A program made the translations under genes and the position numbers. The notes beneath the pieces were generated by a model. It ran no database searches. It was not told the origin of the DNA and was given only the letters and a program-made list of their open reading frames with translations. Source: Opitutales bacterium (GTDB lineage: Bacteria; Verrucomicrobiota; Verrucomicrobiia; Opitutales; PNEW01). Taken from it: 64,000 nucleotides of DNA. Within the stretch, counting starts at the first letter, position 1; the number at the start of each line of letters is the position of its first letter. The stretch is from assembly GCA_965197745.1 (NCBI GenBank), contig CBDANS010000007.1:1-64000 (forward strand), in the 5' to 3' direction. Positions 51,179 to 58,926 of the stretch are shown here, piece after piece.

Positions 51179-52259
51179 CCTGTTTTTTCGATACATGACA
51201 TTTGATTGGTTTTCAGCCAGCAAAAGCTTTCTACAATCTTTGTCCTTCAGATAAATGTCGAAAAATTCGACAATCACCGCTCCCAATCTTTCCACGCGTT
51301 CCTTCGGGCGAAATGAAATTAACGATTTGGCCTCTTTAGCGCCACTGTTCATAGGGAAGATAGTTGGCAGTCGAAAAATTGTTATGGTCCCAACCTTCGA
51401 AAATCACGAAATTGAATTCCCCATTAAAGTCTTTGGCATCGTCAGCGAACAGTTGAGCGATTCCATCCAAATTTGGTCTGCCTCTAATTCTCAGCATCGG
51501 GGAAAAGCTACTTCTGAGTTTTCTCTGTGTGCTTTCCGGTCATCGGTTAATACCCGATGTTCCGTCATTCGTCATATAGGCATAGAGAAATCCGTCGATA
51601 TTTACGGCTGCTTTAATTCTTTCATCCTCGGCGTCGAGTAATGTGGAGACATAGCCACCGCGAGAATGCCCAAATATGCCGATAGTATCTAGATTGACGG
51701 CATTGGCCAGCGCCTCGGGGGAATTGCTTCCGAAAATGAAATCGAGGACTTTCTGAGCATCAACAACCCGATCTTCAGTCATTTTAATGAAATCGTCAAC
51801 ATCTGCGATTTCTATGCAAAGGTGACCGTTGGGGTATGTGATCAGGATTCCTTCATGAGGATGGTCTATTGAAACAATGACATAACCCGATAATACAATC
51901 TGCCTGAGAACCGGAAGGTTTGAAAAGCGATTTCCATTTCCGGAAGGCGAGTACAAAAGCAGCGGATAGGGATTTTGCCCTGAAAGCAGTTCGGCGTTCT
52001 CATAGCACCCGGTTGCGATCTTCATTGAGTCTTCAATGATTCGCCCCTTATCCCCTTCGGATAGAAGCGTGCCATTCAGGATACAGTCAAGTGCTGGTTT
52101 TATGGAAGGCCTGAAGAGGTCAATGTACATCATCTCACGCGAGACCGCATCTCGTGAAGCCGGATAAAAGATCGAAATCGGTATCGTTCTTGAAGGATAC
52201 GAAGCAACAGAACTTCGGTTGCCATCTTCGATAAAGCAGTGTTCAACGCCTACATCCAT
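51146..52259 (-). pseudogene. alpha/beta hydrolase (PAF-acetylhydrolase-like) with internal stop and frameshift
   Basis: SIDHP, GHSRGG, NIDG; after TGA 51540-51542 the frame continues to GWDHNNFS; C-terminal FFDIYLK is in another frame. Confidence 0.78.
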
Positions 52260-52304
52260 CTGATTGTATGCTTCTCATGTCGTGGGAATCTCATTTTCTG
52301 GTGA

Positions 52305-52375
52305 ACCTACCTGCAAGCTCACTGGATTTCACGGAGCGTAGCGGATTGTAGTACCAGTGAAGCGCCTTGTTAGCG
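52305..52375 (-). other. attC site with mutated core (GGTAGGT)
   Basis: Minus strand CGCTAAC aaggcgcttcactgg...ccagtgagcttgca GGTAGGT. Confidence 0.7.
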
Positions 52376-53008
52376 ATTCTCATCCTTCCTTGCAAGCATC
52401 AAGGAATGGCCTACATCTCCTTCAGGAATGAACTTATCCCAAATAATCACAAAACCTGTTTCCTCAAGCCATTGAATGTAAGTGTCACGATCAGCATGAC
52501 TCCAATACATATTGGCGCCGTCAACCCCAAGCCAGTTAGCTTCTTCACCTGTCCATTCCCGCTGACCTGCAGAAAGAAGAAACAGGTTCTCAGGTTTCAA
52601 CCATGTCCCTATCCTCGCCAGGAGTTGTCGTTGCTGTGCAAGCGGCACATGGATTATGGTATAGAGGCAAACTACAGCATCGAAACCTTCGGATGCAAAG
52701 TCCATTTCGCATATATCACCCCAGACAAATGATGCATCTGGAACCAGTTCTCGTGCCCGTTCAATTTGCACCGTAGATATGTCAGCACCGGTAACCTTGA
52801 ATTTCTGACTCAACAGTTGTGTCGTCGGCACACCGCAACCACATCCAAGATCTAGAACAGAACATCCTTCTTCCAGCTGAGCTGATAATTCGTCAATCCA
52901 GCCTTTGTACTCCTTGTAGCTCTCACCTGACTTCTCAGGATTGTCTTCACGGTAGGCGAAAGAAACCTTGTCGTAACCTTCTCTTACAATATCCTTTGGG
53001 TTGCTCAT
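52370..53008 (-). CDS. class I SAM-dependent methyltransferase, gene cassette
   Basis: VLDLGCGCG, LYTIIHVP, LKP; stop overlaps attC R''. Confidence 0.9.
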   Translation of the reverse strand: MSNPKDIVREGYDKVSFAYREDNPEKSGESYKEYKGWIDELSAQLEEGCSVLDLGCGCGVPTTQLLSQKFKVTGADISTVQIERARELVPDASFVWGDICEMDFASEGFDAVVCLYTIIHVPLAQQRQLLARIGTWLKPENLFLLSAGQREWTGEEANWLGVDGANMYWSHADRDTYIQWLEETGFVIIWDKFIPEGDVGHSLMLARKDENR

Positions 53009-53015
53009 GTCTTAT

Positions 53016-53070
53016 CACTATCAAGTGATTCTAAAGTTCTGTGTATTCGCGTGTGGGGATAATGTTATCA
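53016..53070 (-). promoter_or_regulatory. attI-like leader, copy 6
   Basis: Minus strand aacattatccccacacgcgaatacacagaactttagaatcacttGATAGTG. Confidence 0.55.
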
Positions 53071-53251
53071 GGTTAAAGCTTGGCAATTTCAAATCGTTAC
53101 CAACAATATCCGTTTACATACCTGACAGTTGATATTTATTTTTCATATCTTCACATTTATGACTCATGTAGATCTAATTTATAAATACACGGCGCGACCT
53201 CTTTTATTTTCTTAAAAAATCGATATACGAGATACGAAAAAAGAGATTTGT

Positions 53252-54004
53252 ATGGATATACCTGGAAGAGTGGCGATTGTCACAGGAGGGGCGTCTGGTA
53301 TCGGCCGAGCCGTTGCCGAAGTGCTGGCGGAAGCCGGGGCTGCTGGCATTGTAATCGCGGACATCGATGAAAAAGGGGCAAAGGAATCCATCTCCCTCGT
53401 AGAATCCGGTTCTACTGCAAAGTGTCTCTTTCAACAAGCCGATATCTCAGACGAAGACCAGGTTAACAAGGCAGTGGAAGCAACGGTAGAGCACTTTGGT
53501 AAGGTGGATATATTAGTAAACAACGCTGGAATCTGCCCCACTACACCTTGGGATGAGACGACGCTTGAAAACTGGAACCACATAATCGGAGTTAATCTCA
53601 CGGGAGCTTATCTGTGCAGCAAAGCGGTACTACCCCATATGAAAAAAAATAAATACGGAAGGATCGTTTACATTTCATCGGTCGGAGCTTTTATCGGCAG
53701 CGTTACGGGACATGCTGCTTATGGGGCAAGTAAAGCGGGCATGATCGCCCTGATGAAAGTAGTGGCAAAAAATTTTGCCTCCGAGGGTATCCTGGCTAAC
53801 GCCATCGCGCCCGGAAGCATCGATACTCCTCTAACCAATAGTTTCGGCCCGGAGGCAAAAAAAAATTTCGCAGAGACTTCACCTCTTAAGCGCCAGGGAA
53901 GTGCCAGGGAACTTGCAGATACCGTGCTTTATCTCGTATCCAATCGCGCAACTTATGTAACCGGCGCGACCTTTCACATCAATGGGGGTTCCCTGTTGGT
54001 ATAA
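53252..54004 (+). CDS. SDR family oxidoreductase
   Basis: TGGASGIG, NNAG, YGASK, APG. Confidence 0.93.
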   Translation: MDIPGRVAIVTGGASGIGRAVAEVLAEAGAAGIVIADIDEKGAKESISLVESGSTAKCLFQQADISDEDQVNKAVEATVEHFGKVDILVNNAGICPTTPWDETTLENWNHIIGVNLTGAYLCSKAVLPHMKKNKYGRIVYISSVGAFIGSVTGHAAYGASKAGMIALMKVVAKNFASEGILANAIAPGSIDTPLTNSFGPEAKKNFAETSPLKRQGSARELADTVLYLVSNRATYVTGATFHINGGSLLV

Positions 54005-54032
54005 TATTACATGACATCAAAAGGAAAATAGT

Positions 54033-54431
54033 ATGAGAAAACATCCCGAATGGGTTATAGATCAAAATGATTATCCAATATGGCAGGCTCCAAATTTATC
54101 GAGAAAAGTGAGCCTCCTCGTGAGCAAGGAAAATTGTGGAGCGGAGCATATCTCTGCGGGTTCATTCTGGTTGGCCCCGGGTCACGAGACGGTGGCCGAT
54201 ATACATCCAGACGCTGAGGAACTATACTACGTCGTCAGTGGTGAAGGAAGGCTCGTTATGGATGGAGAGGAGTTCAGAGTGTCCAAGGGCATGACGGTTT
54301 ACATTCCCGCCGGAGTCACGCACCAAAGCTTTAATGATGGGGATGAAGAACTCTGCTATTTTTATGCTTTCGGCCCACCTCCAACCGGGCCTTCAAAACA
54401 GGAGGGAGAAGGATGGGTGAAAATACAGTAA
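54033..54431 (+). CDS. cupin domain protein
   Basis: HPDAEELYYVVSGEG...YIPAGVTH. Confidence 0.9.
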   Translation: MRKHPEWVIDQNDYPIWQAPNLSRKVSLLVSKENCGAEHISAGSFWLAPGHETVADIHPDAEELYYVVSGEGRLVMDGEEFRVSKGMTVYIPAGVTHQSFNDGDEELCYFYAFGPPPTGPSKQEGEGWVKIQ

Positions 54432-54459
54432 ACGCTGGTAGAAGTTTGGAGTAATCCCC

Positions 54460-54825
54460 ATGAATGATACCCAACGACAGAGTATTGAAGATTGCATCGA
54501 GGCGTTAAGCCAGGGGAAACTCACCGAAGAGAAACTTCGCAAGGTCCTTGAAGACTTAAGCGAGACGGGAACAAAATACCAGGATTTGCTCTACCTTCAA
54601 ACGAGTAATACATCTTTAGACTCCAGTGTTCATGGCATGTCCATCGTAGAGGGCGGTGAGATCTCTGCAGGGCCTCCTGACTCGAAAGATTGGCCCTATA
54701 AAACACTGCTCGAGGCGATTCTCGACGGATGGAGAGTGATACAATTTCCCAATATGGCGCTTATTATGGATGAGTCGAAAACCTATGGACTCGGATGCGA
54801 ATTTATCCTGGAAAGATGGAGGTAA
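54460..54825 (+). CDS. conserved hypothetical protein
   Basis: RBS GGAG, operonic position; QDLLYL...PY.TL..AI.DGWRVIQFP...EFILE. Confidence 0.7.
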   Translation: MNDTQRQSIEDCIEALSQGKLTEEKLRKVLEDLSETGTKYQDLLYLQTSNTSLDSSVHGMSIVEGGEISAGPPDSKDWPYKTLLEAILDGWRVIQFPNMALIMDESKTYGLGCEFILERWR

Positions 54826-54831
54826 GTTAAA

Positions 54832-55707
54832 TTGAGAATACCCGATATCGAACCCACCTTGACCGATACCCAGGTTCTCGAATTCTGTAACCAGGGATAC
54901 CTCATGTTGGAAGCTGTCGTTCCGGATGAGATCAACAGCAGGGTTACCGAATTCATCCGTGATAACCCATACGATACCGACGATGGGGGTGATTTTGAAG
55001 ATGAAAAGCTTCTCAAAGAGGATTGGTTCGTCGAAAATGTAATCCTCAACCCGCAAGCGGCAGGCGCGGTCCGCTCACTTTTAGGAAAGAACGCTGCTTT
55101 ACCAACCTGGATGTACAATCATCAGTCTCAAAAACCAAAACCGGCTCAACGATGGCATCGGGATGGCTGCTCCCGTGTCGGCTCTGAAGTAAATCACCTC
55201 CAGGTATTTTATTATCCACAAGTCACACCCGTGGAGTTCGGACCGACGGAGGTGCTGCCGGGCTCTCATTTTCTTTTCAATCTTGGAAAATATATGGGCC
55301 ACTATGGTAATATCAGCTGGTCGGAGCAAACGGCGGCACCGGCGGGCTCAATTTTTGTCACTGTCTATTCAATCTGGCACCGGCGGTCCGCATGCAGTGC
55401 ACAGGGCGTCCGCAACATGCTTAAGTACCTCTACTGGCGCATGGAACCACCCCAAAGGGATTGGATAATCGAACCCGATTTTGACCTTGATGATCTTAAT
55501 GACCTGGAAAATGCCTCCTATGGTGATGGTGAGGTAAGACCGGCTCAGGAGCAGTTACGCAATTGGCACGATGTCGCCGAGATGTTCTTCTGGTTGAGTG
55601 GCAAGATGGAGGATTTCCCGGCATTCCTGAGAACGGAGAGATGGCCGATGGGACATCCCCCCCGCAAGAGACCTAAGGATTTTCACACATTTCCAGGGAA
55701 GCGCTAG
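54832..55707 (+). CDS. phytanoyl-CoA dioxygenase (PhyH) family protein
   Basis: WHRDG, FYYPQ, GPTEVLPGSH, IWHRR. Confidence 0.88.
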   Translation: MRIPDIEPTLTDTQVLEFCNQGYLMLEAVVPDEINSRVTEFIRDNPYDTDDGGDFEDEKLLKEDWFVENVILNPQAAGAVRSLLGKNAALPTWMYNHQSQKPKPAQRWHRDGCSRVGSEVNHLQVFYYPQVTPVEFGPTEVLPGSHFLFNLGKYMGHYGNISWSEQTAAPAGSIFVTVYSIWHRRSACSAQGVRNMLKYLYWRMEPPQRDWIIEPDFDLDDLNDLENASYGDGEVRPAQEQLRNWHDVAEMFFWLSGKMEDFPAFLRTERWPMGHPPRKRPKDFHTFPGKR

Positions 55708-55862
55708 AGTGAAAAACTAAAGTGCATTGAATTACCAACACAACTAATCGAAAGGAAAATTAAATGGACACGGGTATTGTTGACATGCCTATGCACATCT
55801 GGGGCCCTGAGCGGATTGATTGTGTTCTGGCTCATGCCCGAATCCGGGATCCTCATTAATAG

Positions 55863-58781
55863 TTGCCTGACATCTTCCTTTCAGCTCTGAACACAAGGTC
55901 AATTCTGATACTGCATACCCTATCTTTTGCGATCATCATCACGTTCACAGCTGCTGTTGGGGCGCAGACGTGGGTTGAAGACAGCTTCGAGGACTTTGCT
56001 GACGGTACGTTTGATGCCGCCGGTCATAATCTATACACCTCAGCCAGGGGTCGCATCACGACCATCCATCGATTCGACCTGAACACCGACGGCTATCTCG
56101 ACTTGTCGATCAATTCCTCGCACGATTTTATTACCACACCTAAACCTACGCTTTATACTTTACCCGCTGGCAGAGGTACGGGCACAGCGAGTGAGCTGCC
56201 GCTTTTCGGTATGGCTCATGTCGCGGTCGCCGACCTGAACAACGATGGATTTCTGGATGCCGTGTTTGCCCCCAAGCATAACTGGGTCACACACCGAAGG
56301 TATCTGTTTATCCTGTGGGGAAATGACCACGGCTTTTCGGCGCGTCGGATGAGCAACCTGATCAGCTCCTTACCCCAGAGCGTGCAGATCGCCGATCTGG
56401 ACAGTAACGGCTGGTTAGACATCATCGTACTCAACGGAATGCGATGGTCGCCGGAGGACGGTAATGAGAAACTGCTGAGGATCTACTGGGGCAGCGAAAA
56501 CTCTTTTGAGCAAAGTAATTACACCGATCGTCTGATTGAGGGCGCCAATGACCTGCGGGTTGCGGATATCGATGGCGACGGCAAGGCTGATCTGGCCGTG
56601 CTGCACAGTGAGCCACCGGCTGTTTCCATTTTTTGGAATGACCACATCACCTGGGTTGATCCCGGCACTATAAAAAAATTGAAGAATGCCGATGTGGACG
56701 AGCAAACGAAAAGAGAACCATCGCCGGTACTGCCAGATCCAGTGCGGTTGGAACTGGAATCTGAAAACGTCCAGGCTTTGCGTTTTATCGATTATAACCG
56801 AGATGGGAAGATGGACATGATCATGCGTGGCGGTAAGCGTGAGGTGGTCGGTGTCGATCCAACGACAAAAGAAGCCAAGTATCGCTCATCCGGTGTCATT
56901 CTCATTCCTGCCGGCCACAGTGACCGTCAATGGGGCCAACCGGTAAACATCGATGCTCCGCCAGCATCCAGAATGCTTGTGAACGATTTTAATCACGATG
57001 GACTGGCCGATCTCTTGTTGGCCGATGCGTCGGCCGAAAAAAACAGTGTGAACATTCTTTGGGGTGACAAGGAGAAGATTTTTGACACCGCTGACACCAC
57101 CGTCTTGCCAATCGCCCGAGCGTCGGCCCTGGCAGACGGCGATCTGGACGGCGACGGCCATCCGGACCTGGTTGTGGGTCTGGACAGAGGCGAAGAAACC
57201 TACCAGTCGCTGTCGCGCGTCTTCTACGGTGACGGCAAAGGTGAGTTTGAACAGGCGTATTTTGGCATTCCCACCAGCTCGGTTCAAGACATCGCGATCG
57301 TGCCCGATAGCCAAGGCGAAGGGAATCGGCTGCTTTTCTGCAACACCATGTGGGGGCGTATAAACGAAGACGTGCCGGTGCGCGTCTTCTGGGGCGGCCG
57401 CAGCGGATTCGACCCGAAACGATTTGATCGCTACTCCATACGCTCAGGCCACTCATCCAACGCGGCAGATCTCAATGACGATGGTTTCCCTGACCTGATC
57501 CTAACATCGATCGTCCACAACGTGACAGATGTTCATCCCGGAATCGGCATCAATATCCTTTGGGGCGGTAAGGATGGATTGAGGGACGATCGACGCACCG
57601 TCGTCAGCGAGTATGGTGTGTACGGCACGAACGTAGCCGATCTGAATCGCGACGGCTACCTGGACATCGCCACAAGCTGCAACTTGCCGAACGATGAGGG
57701 CGAGCCCAAACGGCTGGTCATCTGGCACGGATCAGCCAATGGCTTTGTTTATACGAATCGCGTAATTCTTCCGTTCGACCAGGGGCTGGGTCATACGGCT
57801 ATCGCCGATTACAACAATGACGGTCGTTTGGATATCGCGGTTGCCTGCATGGAAGCCAACCGCATTTTCATTTTCTGGGGCACTGCCGAAGGGTATTCAC
57901 TCGATCGCCTAATGGCATTACCGATGATGGCCGCCGATGATATCAAAGCCGCCGATCTCGACGGCAATGGTTGGGTGGATCTGATCTCGACGAGTTACAT
58001 CCTTCCCAAGACTAACAACTATGACTATGGTACGCATATATTTTGGGGTTCACCTGACGGATTCGATCCAACCCACGCCCAGCGTCTGCCGGGCAGTGCA
58101 GGTTATGGGATTACCGTTGCCGACTATGACACCGACGGGCACTTGGACCTGTTTGTGGCCAATTACAAGAACACCTTAACCCGCCAGTCGATTCCCTCGT
58201 ACCTGTTCTGGGGCGGCCGAGCCGGATTCGCCGAAGAGCGCCGCACGGAATTGATTGCCGATTCCGGCACCGGTGCCCTGTCGGCTGATTTCAACGGGGA
58301 TGGGTTGATCGATATTGCCGTGGCGGCCCACTCGCTCGACGGCAACCATGAGGTCAACTCGAGGGTGTACTACAACGATGCTGCCCGATTTTCCCACCCC
58401 AAAGTCACACTGCTGCCGACCCTTGGTCCGCACCACATGTATCACGCCGATGTGGGTCACGTGTATGACCGATCGTACCGCCAACGTTACGTATCATCTG
58501 TCTTTCGCTGGGACCGGCCGCGCACGAAAGCTTTGCTCACGTTCGTCGCTACGACACCGGGTAATACGCGGCTGGAAATGGAAGTTCGTACCGCCGCGAC
58601 CGAGCGTAGTTTGACGGATCAATTGTGGGCGTCGTTGCAAAAATCCACCATCGATACCGACGAACAGTTTATTTCCTTACATCCGACCGATCTATTTCTG
58701 CAGTATCGCGCCACGTTCATTTCCGACAACGGCGATCGCTATCCGGTGCTGGAGAAAGTGCATGTTCGTATGATCGAATGA
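55863..58781 (+). CDS. secreted FG-GAP/VCBS repeat protein
   Basis: More than 10 DxNxDGxxD repeats; signal peptide. Confidence 0.88.
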   Translation: MPDIFLSALNTRSILILHTLSFAIIITFTAAVGAQTWVEDSFEDFADGTFDAAGHNLYTSARGRITTIHRFDLNTDGYLDLSINSSHDFITTPKPTLYTLPAGRGTGTASELPLFGMAHVAVADLNNDGFLDAVFAPKHNWVTHRRYLFILWGNDHGFSARRMSNLISSLPQSVQIADLDSNGWLDIIVLNGMRWSPEDGNEKLLRIYWGSENSFEQSNYTDRLIEGANDLRVADIDGDGKADLAVLHSEPPAVSIFWNDHITWVDPGTIKKLKNADVDEQTKREPSPVLPDPVRLELESENVQALRFIDYNRDGKMDMIMRGGKREVVGVDPTTKEAKYRSSGVILIPAGHSDRQWGQPVNIDAPPASRMLVNDFNHDGLADLLLADASAEKNSVNILWGDKEKIFDTADTTVLPIARASALADGDLDGDGHPDLVVGLDRGEETYQSLSRVFYGDGKGEFEQAYFGIPTSSVQDIAIVPDSQGEGNRLLFCNTMWGRINEDVPVRVFWGGRSGFDPKRFDRYSIRSGHSSNAADLNDDGFPDLILTSIVHNVTDVHPGIGINILWGGKDGLRDDRRTVVSEYGVYGTNVADLNRDGYLDIATSCNLPNDEGEPKRLVIWHGSANGFVYTNRVILPFDQGLGHTAIADYNNDGRLDIAVACMEANRIFIFWGTAEGYSLDRLMALPMMAADDIKAADLDGNGWVDLISTSYILPKTNNYDYGTHIFWGSPDGFDPTHAQRLPGSAGYGITVADYDTDGHLDLFVANYKNTLTRQSIPSYLFWGGRAGFAEERRTELIADSGTGALSADFNGDGLIDIAVAAHSLDGNHEVNSRVYYNDAARFSHPKVTLLPTLGPHHMYHADVGHVYDRSYRQRYVSSVFRWDRPRTKALLTFVATTPGNTRLEMEVRTAATERSLTDQLWASLQKSTIDTDEQFISLHPTDLFLQYRATFISDNGDRYPVLEKVHVRMIE

Positions 58782-58926
58782 CAAAGGAAATATGCGTATA
58801 CGCGTACCGAGGGCGAAGCCCGACACACTCAAATGCGTGTATGCGATATAGCCGTTATATATGGGGTTTGATAAAAATTCCTGCCTCAACCGCAGATCAA
58901 TCCGACATTCACATTCCGAAATTGCC

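Noticed and set aside
1969..51542. Stop-codon reassignment or readthrough as the explanation for in-frame stops
   Set aside because: The internal stops are TGA, TAG and TAA, and all three codons end intact genes in this window.
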